DNA of 64,000 nucleotides. Source: Candidatus Moraniibacteriota bacterium (GTDB lineage Bacteria > Patescibacteriota > Minisyncoccia > Moranbacterales > UBA1568). Under the pieces are notes generated by a model that did not search any database, had not been told where the DNA came from, and saw nothing but the letters and a program-made list of their open reading frames with translations. The stretch is taken from assembly GCA_052035095.1 (NCBI GenBank), contig JBPOHW010000002.1:11405-75404 (forward strand), in the 5' to 3' direction. A program made the position numbers and the translations under genes. Positions 28,547 to 37,884 of this stretch are shown piece by piece (position 1 is the first letter of the stretch; every line of letters starts with the position of its first letter).

Positions 28547-31500
28547 TTACTGATCCAATCCTTTAAACATAAGGTCTAACAAGACCGAAAAATGTAACAA
28601 CCGTTCAGGGCGCATATTTGATTGCAAGTTAATCAAAATACTTTCCTTAACCTCTTGCAGATCGTGATTTTCCCCAATTACTCTAAATACTTCTGCCATT
28701 GCTTTCCCTTTACTTTTTTCTGGGGCTGCAGGATCTTTTGCGAGCAACATAAAGAGGCTGGCAAGAACAAGTCCTAATGACTGGACCGATGTTTCTCTTC
28801 TCCCTACTGCCCTAATCAAATCAAAAACTTTTTTTACATCATATTCCTCCTTTTTGAGATGATAGAATATTACGCCGGCACTTACGGGTACGTACTCATA
28901 GTGAAGATTGATAATTTTTCTAATTACTTCGTAAGCTTCTTCAGAAGTTAGTACACCTCTCTTTTCAGCTTCAACAACAAGAGAGTATGTCGAAAATGAG
29001 TTAAGCTGATTCTCGCGACGAATAATCGCCCTTAACATTCGATCATCACAGTAAAAAGACAGCCTCTTCTCTTGCGCCAGAATGAGACTATCTCGCGTGC
29101 TATCCTCTAGGGCGTTTACTAGATTCTTCTCATCGAAGTTATGCTCTGTTTCTAGACCAGTAACTTCAAACGTCTCATTTGATATAATGAATCCCTTCAC
29201 TCTTTCCAAAAACTCAATGGTTTTCTGTACTTGCTCTGGTGGTATCTCAGACATTTGATGTCTACCCTCTATCTTCCCGATATAGGTAATGCCTTTTCTT
29301 GCAGATACTTTTCTTTCTTCAATAGTATGAGTTAGTTCATCTAGAACCGACTGGTGTATATATATTTTTTCAAACATTTCTGGCAGAATCTCAAGTTTGC
29401 CTAGATGCCCTAACAAAAACAAAGTATAAATATCCGGCACCATACCCCTTCGAGTATCTTCTATCGCCAAAAACTCCTCCTTGGCTTCTTCTGGTGTGCC
29501 AAAGGCTATTTTCACTCCCAGTTCAGGGGTCTCAATAAAAGCTGCCCAGATATCAAATGGCTTTCTCCCGGCGATATGTGGTATAGCCGCAAGTGGCGCT
29601 GAAGATTCCTTATACAGCTTCACGGCTTTGCTCGTAATTTCCGCAGTAAAATCAACTTTTTTAAAAATTTCACTTAGATCCCCGTCCTTTATTTCTATGC
29701 TTTCCAGTGCCCTCTCTTCAGGAAACCTCTTTGTAAATTCTCCTATGGATTTTTGGAACTTCTTAATGTATTTCTCATCTATTTCATCCCCGCTCTCCTG
29801 TTCACGCTTTAAGAAAGTAAAAATATAGGCCAAATGAGTCTTTGGGTTGTTGTCGTCCGCCTCTAGTGCCTGGTAATTTATCTCCAGTGCTACATCGCGC
29901 TGTCCAATTAGCTCATAGCAGGTCGCCAATATAAGCAGGTTTTCAGTGTCTTTTGTGATGCCACGAATCTGATCAAAAGTTCGTGCCGCTTCATTCTCCT
30001 TCCCTAATCTAAACAAGCACGATCCGTAGTACACTATGTATCTGAGTGTCGAAGGATCTTGTTGATAAAGTTGCTTGAATAAAATAGACGCCCTCTCTAA
30101 ATTGTTCAAATAAAGATTAGAGTAAGCTTCTAGCTGCCTAACTACTGCGTTTGATTTTATAACCTCCACTTGCCGATCTACCCATCGTAAAAGTTCCCCA
30201 TATTGTCCAGAATTATACAGACACTCTGCAAATCTCTGATTCGCAAAATGTGCCCGCCCTGTATTTACATATCTGGTAAATATTGCCTGCGCCTCAATGT
30301 ACTTTCCCGATTGAAACAAGTAATTTGCTAGTTCCATTTCAGAAAGTTCCTTGTCGAATGGAGTTGTTGCTACTTCCCCGGATTTTCTAAGTAGTTCTTC
30401 AACTGCTAAAGACCCTTTTTTCTGTAATTGCAATGCCCTCACTCTTAGGGCTGTTGAATCATCAGGGAGCTCACTTTCCAACCTTTCAAGAAGCTTGTCC
30501 ACCTTTTCTACTTCAAGTTTTCTCGAATACAATTCAAGGGCTAGTTGAGCGACATCAGGATCAATATTAGTGGTCTGAGCAAGAAGTAGGGATAGTGATT
30601 TTTCGGCTCTTTCCAAGTTTCCACTCTTAAGCGCACAGTATGCTATATGTCTCTCTGGATCAGTACTCCCGCCACCAAGAATCTGATATCTATCAAAACT
30701 TCTAATTGCTTCAATGTACTTACCTAAACGCAACAAAGAAACTCCCTTATTTAGGAATGGCATCGCTGATTTCGGATCAATTGCAGAGGCTTTCTCAGCA
30801 GCATCTATAGATTTTTCATACTCCCCAAGAATTGAGTAACAAGCAGATAAGTTCGTGTAAGCATTTTCCCGTGCTTCGTTGGCATCTTTACCACCTAAAA
30901 TACCAAGGGCTTTTTCTAAGGATTGTGTTGCCTTCTGAAAACTTTTGGAAAGTTCTTTCGGAAGCCTATCAGGCGGGTAGTCCTTAACCTTATCCTGATT
31001 ACCCACTAAGATACTTTGTGCAAGTCGAAAGTGAGCCTCGATATTTTCCGAATTAATGGCTAGAACCTTTTCAAATGTGACAACTGCTTGGTCATACTGC
31101 TTAAGATCTATATTTTCCAATCCTTCGTAGGTATACCTCAACTCCGTATCCTTTTGGCTTTTAAGAAAATTACGCAGATCCTGGTATCTCCTCAGCACAT
31201 AAAGAATATTTGCCTTTATCGAAATCAGGTGCTCATCACCAGAATTATCTTTAAGCAAGTTATCAACAATCTGCAAAGCCCCTTCTGAATCCCCCTTATA
31301 ATGTTTTGCGAGAGCAAGGTTTCCCCTTGCCTTGGAATCCTTAGGATTGGCCGCATAGCCCTTCTCAAAGAATTCGCCTGCCTGAGTAAGATTTCCAAGA
31401 TTCATCTCACAGACCCCTAGGTTGTTATAAACCCGAAATAGCAAATGCGAATCGACTTTTTCAGTTTCTAAGAGGAGGTCCTGAAGGATCAACTCATATT

Positions 31501-32098
31501 CCTTCTTGGCTGCCTCATTTTTTCCTGCATCTACTGTCTTCTTGGCATTTTCAATTCTTCGCTGGTAATCTTTCTCGATCTTCGTTTTATACTCCCTCTT
31601 TACTTCGTCTATCTCACTAAGGGTATTTTTAATACCCTTAATTTCCGTTTCGATGTCCGAAAAAATAAGAGACGGGAATTGACTTCTTAGGTGAGTGTGT
31701 TTAGCCAACAACTCAGTAAGCTTCACACCAGACCACGATATTCCTTCAAACCCCCGAACTTTTGACTCTTTTCTTAGAAAAGTAAGTGTGGGCTCCGGTA
31801 AATCACGGGGCGTAATAAACACCCATTTTTTAATGACATAATTTCCACTTTTTACCAATTTTTCAGCTTTTTCTAAATCCTCTCGTATCTTTCTCTTATA
31901 TCTTGTGTCATTAGCTTTTTCTGGTTTCTCAGGACAATACATCTGAAAAAGAATGCTTTGAGACGAGGAATAACCGTCATTGCCTGCATCACCCCCACTA
32001 TCGTCTACGGCCTCAAAATCCTCGTATTCCGCAGCAAGAAGAGCCTTGCAGAGGCTTGTATGAAGATCTGGTGAGGTATTTTGGCTTATTAAATCCAT
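28547..32098 (-). CDS. large TPR-repeat protein with uncharacterised N-terminal (Mrr-like motif?) and C-terminal domains
   Basis: 1183 aa from ATG 32098 (AGAGGA RBS); many TPR-like units in the central ~530 aa; N-terminal DDSGGDAGNDGY...ILFQMYCPEKPEK; no Walker A. Confidence 0.75.
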   Translation of the reverse strand: MDLISQNTSPDLHTSLCKALLAAEYEDFEAVDDSGGDAGNDGYSSSQSILFQMYCPEKPEKANDTRYKRKIREDLEKAEKLVKSGNYVIKKWVFITPRDLPEPTLTFLRKESKVRGFEGISWSGVKLTELLAKHTHLRSQFPSLIFSDIETEIKGIKNTLSEIDEVKREYKTKIEKDYQRRIENAKKTVDAGKNEAAKKEYELILQDLLLETEKVDSHLLFRVYNNLGVCEMNLGNLTQAGEFFEKGYAANPKDSKARGNLALAKHYKGDSEGALQIVDNLLKDNSGDEHLISIKANILYVLRRYQDLRNFLKSQKDTELRYTYEGLENIDLKQYDQAVVTFEKVLAINSENIEAHFRLAQSILVGNQDKVKDYPPDRLPKELSKSFQKATQSLEKALGILGGKDANEARENAYTNLSACYSILGEYEKSIDAAEKASAIDPKSAMPFLNKGVSLLRLGKYIEAIRSFDRYQILGGGSTDPERHIAYCALKSGNLERAEKSLSLLLAQTTNIDPDVAQLALELYSRKLEVEKVDKLLERLESELPDDSTALRVRALQLQKKGSLAVEELLRKSGEVATTPFDKELSEMELANYLFQSGKYIEAQAIFTRYVNTGRAHFANQRFAECLYNSGQYGELLRWVDRQVEVIKSNAVVRQLEAYSNLYLNNLERASILFKQLYQQDPSTLRYIVYYGSCLFRLGKENEAARTFDQIRGITKDTENLLILATCYELIGQRDVALEINYQALEADDNNPKTHLAYIFTFLKREQESGDEIDEKYIKKFQKSIGEFTKRFPEERALESIEIKDGDLSEIFKKVDFTAEITSKAVKLYKESSAPLAAIPHIAGRKPFDIWAAFIETPELGVKIAFGTPEEAKEEFLAIEDTRRGMVPDIYTLFLLGHLGKLEILPEMFEKIYIHQSVLDELTHTIEERKVSARKGITYIGKIEGRHQMSEIPPEQVQKTIEFLERVKGFIISNETFEVTGLETEHNFDEKNLVNALEDSTRDSLILAQEKRLSFYCDDRMLRAIIRRENQLNSFSTYSLVVEAEKRGVLTSEEAYEVIRKIINLHYEYVPVSAGVIFYHLKKEEYDVKKVFDLIRAVGRRETSVQSLGLVLASLFMLLAKDPAAPEKSKGKAMAEVFRVIGENHDLQEVKESILINLQSNMRPERLLHFSVLLDLMFKGLDQ

Positions 32099-32532
32099 AG
32101 AAATATCCTCTAGTATAGGAGCAAAAGAAGAATAAAGGGAGGGGCATAGAGCAGAGATACACAACTTTTTAGTTTAATTCATTACTAAACTAACCCATTA
32201 ATTAGCCGAATGAATCCTCAAAAATGTCGAAAATACCGTTGATCCAAAAAGCCCAATGAACTTATAATTTCTCCTGAAGTACTTACTCGAAGAACTATTG
32301 ACTTCGCGTCATTTTGAAGCCATAATACAGGCACAATTTGTCCTAACCCCCGAGAGCAATCTCGGGGTATGGCGTAATAAACCCTAAGGAATAAAGATGG
32401 TCATCTGACCAGCACTTATTCCTTAGGTTGGATTCTCGAAAGGGTTTCCAGGCAGTCTCGAAAGGGATTGTCGCTGTGTTGGGTGACCTTTTTTGTATCC
32501 AACTTTTAATCACTTACATCCCACATAAAGTT

Positions 32533-33486
32533 ATGAAAAAGTGTCCCCTCTGTTCTGAAGACATTCAGGATGATGCAAGCAAGTGTCGTTTTTGTGGTGA
32601 ATGGATTAATAAGGGATCATCGAATCGGCAGAACGAACAGCCACAGGTAAAGGATAATCGGAAAGTACTAAAAATTATTGGTTGGGTTTTCGCTATCATT
32701 TTAGGGATCACATTCTGGTACATTTCGATCCCCCTCTTGGCACCATTCCTCATCTACAAAAAAACAAGCCTGCCGAAAAAGACAAGGCTCGTCGTTTCTG
32801 GAGTTGTATTTCTGGTATTATCAGCGATTGGCGCAAGCTTCCTTTATTCGGCTAATAAAACCCCGATTCTTAGTATCAGCGAGCCAGAGAATGGGGTTAT
32901 TATTCAAGCTAAAAAGGTTTCTATTAAAGGAAAAGTGGAGCCGAAGGGAGCGGAGGTAAAAGTTGGAGATCAGACTATACCAACAAGTAATGGTGAATTT
33001 TCTTACGAAGCTCGGTTGAATAATGAAAAAAATACCTATGTATTTACCGCTAGAAATGGCTCTCATAGCACTCAATCGAGCATTGCAATAAACAGGCTTT
33101 TCACTGAAGAGGAGAAGACGGAGATCGAGAAACAAAAAATAGAGATGGAAGCGAAACAAAAAGCCGCAGAAGATGAGGAAAAGAAACAGGAGGAGGCTCA
33201 AAGACAACAGCAAATAGCCGAGCAAAAAGCTTGGGAAAGTACACGCGCAGGACAGCTCTGCAAGAAGCATCCTAAATGGAGCAGGGAAGATTGCCTTAAG
33301 GTTGCTGACAAAAAGATCTGGATAGGAATGCATTATGAGATGTTGGTTGAACTATTCGGAAAACCAAATCACGCCAACCCTTCAAACTATGGTGGTGGCA
33401 CCCAATGGCAATGGTGCTGGAATAATTACAATCCGTCTTGCTTCTACGATAATGACGATGATGGGATCGTAGACAGTTACAACTGA
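32533..33486 (+). CDS. zinc-ribbon membrane protein with coiled-coil and Trp-rich C-terminal domain
   Basis: MKKCPLCSEDIQDDASKCRFCGEW zinc ribbon, two TM helices, E/K-rich coiled coil; start trimmed to ATG 32533. Confidence 0.5.
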   Translation: MKKCPLCSEDIQDDASKCRFCGEWINKGSSNRQNEQPQVKDNRKVLKIIGWVFAIILGITFWYISIPLLAPFLIYKKTSLPKKTRLVVSGVVFLVLSAIGASFLYSANKTPILSISEPENGVIIQAKKVSIKGKVEPKGAEVKVGDQTIPTSNGEFSYEARLNNEKNTYVFTARNGSHSTQSSIAINRLFTEEEKTEIEKQKIEMEAKQKAAEDEEKKQEEAQRQQQIAEQKAWESTRAGQLCKKHPKWSREDCLKVADKKIWIGMHYEMLVELFGKPNHANPSNYGGGTQWQWCWNNYNPSCFYDNDDDGIVDSYN

Positions 33487-33588
33487 GACTCGATAGTAAA
33501 ATCACCGGCCAGAAGCCGGTGATTTTTGTTTTGCATTCTTGCTACATCATAAAAACAGTGCTTATGTAAAGAATAGTAATGAACTGGT

Positions 33589-34299
33589 ATGGAATCACTC
33601 AACAAAATCGCTCAACAAGAGCAGGGCTTACGCAAGGCTATTTGGTGGCTCATCAAAGAACTTCGACAAGAAAGCGAGGCCACTGACTCAGAAAAAGTGG
33701 TCTTTGTTATTAGGGAAAATAGCCACTTTTCACCAGCAGAACAAAGACGATCAATAACTTTTCTGGAAAAAGAAGGGTTATTAGAAATACTGGAAGCTAG
33801 GCTTGCTGAAAATCTGGACCGACACAAAATACTAGAAATACAGGGATTTTTTGACAAATACACTCCCCAACCTATTCGATTCACTTTGAAACTCAATATA
33901 GGGGCTTTTAAGAGTCTCTACGGGGCTTATAAAGCATTCTTTAAGGAAGAAGAGGGAGCTGTGGCACTCTCTTTTGATGAAATTTCTGGAATCCTTCACT
34001 TTAATGACAAGTCAATCCGTTTTCATCCCCAGAGTAATTCTTTCTCTATTCTGAAAGCCCTATTAAGTAGCAAGAGGTCTTCCCTGTATGAAATAGGTGA
34101 TCCGATGAGCTTCGATGAAATCAATAACGAGATTTGTTTCGATCATTCGATAGAACCAATTGCGAAAAAGGCTTTTTACAGTGCCCAAAAACACATAAAT
34201 AAAAAGGCGGCTCAGTACCTCAGTGCGCCTGAATTTACTATATTGAAAGATTCAAATCTCAGTATAAATAGAAAGTATGTTTTGTCAGAAAACTGGTAG
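33589..34299 (+). CDS. hypothetical protein
   Basis: 236-aa ORF in AT-rich element. Confidence 0.45.
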   Translation: MESLNKIAQQEQGLRKAIWWLIKELRQESEATDSEKVVFVIRENSHFSPAEQRRSITFLEKEGLLEILEARLAENLDRHKILEIQGFFDKYTPQPIRFTLKLNIGAFKSLYGAYKAFFKEEEGAVALSFDEISGILHFNDKSIRFHPQSNSFSILKALLSSKRSSLYEIGDPMSFDEINNEICFDHSIEPIAKKAFYSAQKHINKKAAQYLSAPEFTILKDSNLSINRKYVLSENW

Positions 34300-34564
34300 A
34301 AAATTGGTAGAATTTTGGTAGAAAGCGCAAGACAATCTCCCTTTAACCTGATAGCAAAACTATCAGGTTTTATGTTTGAAAGGATGAACAACGGGCATAA
34401 ATCAGAGAGCGTATGCCTAAAAAAGGAGAGGGAAAGCCTAGTGAACGCTCGAGTTAGTCAAGCGAACCTTATGGATAGCCAAGAGAACCTCATCGGATTT
34501 TTTGATCTTTTACTCAAAATTGATATGCGTATCAATCCAAGTCTTTATTCTTCAAAAGATCACT

Positions 34565-35695
34565 ATGATTGACACGGTAATACTCTCTATACCTAGGCAG
34601 AATTTCCAACCATTTTCCAATACTCTTTCCTCAAAGTGGGATCTTTACAGTAAGAGCAATGGTTTCGAGAAATATGTAAAAAATAAAACCGACCAACAAA
34701 AGCACGACGGGATCTATAGGCCAAGAATTTCGGTTATCAAACGTGGAGGTCTCAGCTTCCTTAGGGTTGAGTTTTCCATACCAAAACTCATCTTCGGAAA
34801 CAATGTAGACGAAGTCGCTGAAAGTGACTTTGGAAACATTATCAAAATACTCCAAACCCACCTCAAAGACTTTGGGATATGTATTCACACCAAAGCCTTA
34901 GAAGAATCCCCTGTTTCTTCTTTTCACCCGTCAAAAAACATCCTTTTGAGTGAAGGGTACACGGCAAGCGGGGTGATCCGAGAACTCAAAAAAGTAAATT
35001 TGAGCACCAGGATGGACCTTAACAAAGACAGTTATCGAAACGATGGGCAGTCACTCCAATGTTACACAGGATCACATTCGCTAGTCATCTATGACAAAAT
35101 AAAAGATTTGAAGAAGCGGAAAAAGCGGGCTTTAGATAAAGATCAAACTCCTATACAGTCACCGATTTCTCATACTCTGATCTCGTCAAATAGACATATC
35201 GAAATCCTAAGGATAGAAGTCAGACTATCAAAAAAGACAAAAATGAACGCTGTGCTCGTAAAGAATAGATTCAGTTGCAACCCTGTATTCAAGGACATTT
35301 TCCGAGAGTCTGTATGTCAAAGAATAATCTTGCAGTATTGGAACGATCTTGTAACAGACAAAAACATCTTTCTTTATTCTCTCGAGTCAAACCCAAAGCG
35401 TATTCTAGAAAGAATCTTAAGAAGGAAGGGGCTTATCAAGACGAAAGAGGCCATCTACCTAACAGGTCTTCACCAGCTCTGTAAAGATGCAGGCGGTATC
35501 AGAGAACTACGGGCGTTACTAAGCCAATGCACAACCGATAGAACGTGGTATCGAATTTCTAGTGATATTAAAAAGCTTGATGCCTTGCAAGATCCCCTGC
35601 TTTGCCACCAATGGCTGGCACAAGCGCGCTCGCAACTTCAATCCTACAAACCATTGAAGATCAAAGACTTGATATGTCCAGTATCGAAACTATAA
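34565..35695 (+). CDS. possible replication initiation factor (Rep_trans-like)
   Basis: MIDTVILSIP..., LRVEFSIPKL, SLVIYDK blocks weakly resemble rolling-circle Rep_trans proteins of integrative elements; start trimmed to ATG 34565. Confidence 0.3.
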   Translation: MIDTVILSIPRQNFQPFSNTLSSKWDLYSKSNGFEKYVKNKTDQQKHDGIYRPRISVIKRGGLSFLRVEFSIPKLIFGNNVDEVAESDFGNIIKILQTHLKDFGICIHTKALEESPVSSFHPSKNILLSEGYTASGVIRELKKVNLSTRMDLNKDSYRNDGQSLQCYTGSHSLVIYDKIKDLKKRKKRALDKDQTPIQSPISHTLISSNRHIEILRIEVRLSKKTKMNAVLVKNRFSCNPVFKDIFRESVCQRIILQYWNDLVTDKNIFLYSLESNPKRILERILRRKGLIKTKEAIYLTGLHQLCKDAGGIRELRALLSQCTTDRTWYRISSDIKKLDALQDPLLCHQWLAQARSQLQSYKPLKIKDLICPVSKL

Positions 35696-35714
35696 TTTTA
35701 CTAACTCAACCCAT

Positions 35715-35897
35715 ATGGAAGAACAGGATAAAGAATTCTTCAAAGCAAGCGAGATAGCTGGGAGATTATCCGTTAGTGTGATGACAATTTATCGTTACAT
35801 TAAGTCGGGTAAATTAAGGGCGTACAAAATTGGTAAAGAGTTTCGTATTGAACAGATTGAGTTTGAAAGATTTCTTGAAAGCGTCAAAACCAAATAG
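35715..35897 (+). CDS. excisionase-type helix-turn-helix DNA-binding protein (HTH_17-like)
   Basis: 60 aa; FFKASEIAGRLSVSVMTIYRYIKSGKLRAYKIG; immediately upstream of recombinase. Confidence 0.7.
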   Translation: MEEQDKEFFKASEIAGRLSVSVMTIYRYIKSGKLRAYKIGKEFRIEQIEFERFLESVKTK

Positions 35898-35900
35898 TTT

Positions 35901-37403
35901 ATGAAAGCCGTTATCCTAGCAAGAGTCTCTACGGAAGAACAAAAAGATGCTGGCAATTCACTGCCTGCTCAAATTCATCGTTTGCAAGAATACTGTAAGC
36001 GGAAAGGGTTTGTTGCAGTAGAGACTTTCAGTTTTGATGAAAGCGCCTACAAAACTAAGCGGGACGAATTCGATAAAACACTGGAATACCTCGAAAGTAC
36101 AAAAGAAAAAATTGCCGTCTGTTTTGATAAAGTGGATAGACTTTCCCGTAATGTCTTTGATAAAAGGGTCTCCCTATTGTATGAGAAAGCCGTAGCCGAT
36201 GTTATAGAACTTCATTTCGCTTCAGATGGGCAAGTGATCAGTTCTTCAATGTCAGCCGTCGAAAAATTCCAATTCGGAATGAGTCTTGGTCTGGCGAAGT
36301 ACTATTCCGATGCGATTAGCGACAATGTGCGGCGTGCTTTTGAACAGAAACTCAGGAATGGTGAATGGATCGGGCAAGCAAGGATTGGGTACATAAACAC
36401 CCAAGATGGGGGTAAAAATGACCTCGCGCTCGACGAAGAAAAGGCTCCACTAGTCCGAAAAATGTTCGAGTTATACGCTACTGGAAACTATTCGATCAAA
36501 ACGCTCCAAAAGGAGATGGGAAAGCTCGGCCTCAAGAGCAGGAACACCAAGATCATAAGTCCCAGTATGATCCATAAAACCCTCAAGGATAAGTTTTACA
36601 TAGGCATAATGACCTCTAGGGGCAAGGAGTACCCCCATAAATACCCCATAATCGTACCGAAGATCACTTTTGATAGGGTTCAGAAAGTACTATCCAGCTA
36701 CGACAAAAAGACCATAAAATATGCCTCAAAGCCCTTTGCCCTGCGAGGGCTCATTCGTTGCAATAGGTGTAGTGGAACAATCACTGCTGAAATTGTTAAG
36801 GGGAAATACACCTACTACAGTTGTTCAAATTTTAAGGGTCTTTGCAAACGAATTTATGTCAGAGAAGAAGACTTGCTCGCACCCATTCGTGAATTGCTCC
36901 AGGCTATCCATCTTCCTCAAGATCGGGTTGATGAAGTTGTTCAAGCCCTTAAGGCTTCTAATGAAAATAAGAACCATTTCCACAAGAAGGCTTTACGACA
37001 GCTTCAACTGGAATATGAGAAGATCCAAACAAATCTTGATCGTCTCCTTGACCTCAGGATCGAAGAAAGTATTACTCAGGAGATCTATGACAAGAAATTC
37101 AAATCCTACAAAGAGCGACAATATGAGATTGCTCTAAAGCTAGAGGAGTACACTTACGCTGATGAAAGTTACCATATTGGCGTAGAAATGGTACTTTCTC
37201 TGGCTAGCCGAGCCCTTGAAATATTCAATGGTTCTGAACCAGACGAAAAACGGCAGCTTCTGAATCTTGTACTTCAGAACTGCCGCCTTTCAGGGAAAAA
37301 CCTCACATTTGAGCTCCGTTCTCCCTTTGATGCCATCCTAGAGACGGCACATCATCCTACAGTGCTCCGGCGGCAGGATTCGAACCTGCGACCAAGTGAT
37401 TAA
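35901..37403 (+). CDS. large serine recombinase
   Basis: MKAVILARVSTEEQ catalytic Ser motif, recombinase domain, CNRCSG...YYSCSNFKGLC zinc ribbon, C-terminal coiled coil; last ~13 codons lie inside tRNA-Asn. Confidence 0.9.
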   Translation: MKAVILARVSTEEQKDAGNSLPAQIHRLQEYCKRKGFVAVETFSFDESAYKTKRDEFDKTLEYLESTKEKIAVCFDKVDRLSRNVFDKRVSLLYEKAVADVIELHFASDGQVISSSMSAVEKFQFGMSLGLAKYYSDAISDNVRRAFEQKLRNGEWIGQARIGYINTQDGGKNDLALDEEKAPLVRKMFELYATGNYSIKTLQKEMGKLGLKSRNTKIISPSMIHKTLKDKFYIGIMTSRGKEYPHKYPIIVPKITFDRVQKVLSSYDKKTIKYASKPFALRGLIRCNRCSGTITAEIVKGKYTYYSCSNFKGLCKRIYVREEDLLAPIRELLQAIHLPQDRVDEVVQALKASNENKNHFHKKALRQLQLEYEKIQTNLDRLLDLRIEESITQEIYDKKFKSYKERQYEIALKLEEYTYADESYHIGVEMVLSLASRALEIFNGSEPDEKRQLLNLVLQNCRLSGKNLTFELRSPFDAILETAHHPTVLRRQDSNLRPSD

Positions 37404-37436
37404 CAGTCACCTGCGCTACCGCTGCGCCACGCCGGA
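37365..37436 (-). tRNA. tRNA-Asn (anticodon GTT)
   Basis: Cloverleaf read by eye: acceptor TCCGGCG/CGCCGGA, D-arm GCGC-AGCGGTA-GCGC, anticodon loop CTGTTAA, T-arm GCAGG-TTCGAAT-CCTGC, G discriminator, no encoded CCA. Confidence 0.85.
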
Positions 37437-37545
37437 ATATTCTCCCAAAACAAACGTCGTTTTTGGCGACAGTTGCAGTATAGGAAAGGAATCTGTTTTT
37501 GGCAAGAAATAACCCCTCTCCAAAAACAGAAAGGGGCAGAAGTCG

Positions 37546-37830
37546 TCAGTGAACCAAGGCACTTTCTCCCGGAACTTTGCACTGAACTTGAGGCTGAATA
37601 CTTGGCAGTCCCTCATTGAGGGTTTCTGCCATTTCTTTCAGAGTCTCTCGCGCTTTCTCGGGATCAATCTTTTGTAGTGCAAATCCTGCATGAACGATAA
37701 CATAGTCTCCTATTATCACCACATCATCAAGGAGCGCGATTGAAACTGGTTTTCGTACGCCACCAACATTAACGGTGGCCCAGTCATCATCAATCAATTC
37801 GACAACCTCAGCCGGAACACCAAGACACAT
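37546..37830 (-). CDS. hypC: HypC/HupF-family hydrogenase maturation factor
   Basis: MCLGVPAEVVEL...VNVGGVRKPVSIALLDDVVIIGDYVIVHAGFALQKIDPE; start trimmed to the MCL motif. Confidence 0.7.
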   Translation of the reverse strand: MCLGVPAEVVELIDDDWATVNVGGVRKPVSIALLDDVVIIGDYVIVHAGFALQKIDPEKARETLKEMAETLNEGLPSIQPQVQCKVPGESALVH

Positions 37831-37884
37831 ACCTACCTCCTCCGAGAACGCCGGTTCTCGTCGTTTAAGGAACAAAAAACATCA

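Larger units (their letters stand above)
27226..37436. mobile_element. putative integrative element at tRNA-Asn: large serine recombinase, excisionase-like HTH, Rep_trans-like protein, AT-rich cargo (TPR giant protein, deaminase, HicB-like)
   Basis: Visible shift to AT-rich composition from ~27.54 kb; recombinase gene 3' end overlaps tRNA 3' half; 12-nt copy of tRNA T-arm (CAGGTTCGAATC, minus sense) at 27236-27247. Confidence 0.5.

Noticed and set aside
28547-32098. Avs/STAND-NTPase anti-phage protein call for the TPR giant
   Set aside because: No Walker A (GxxxxGK[ST]) or Walker B motif anywhere in the 1183 aa. The architecture is N-domain + TPR + C-domain without an NTPase.
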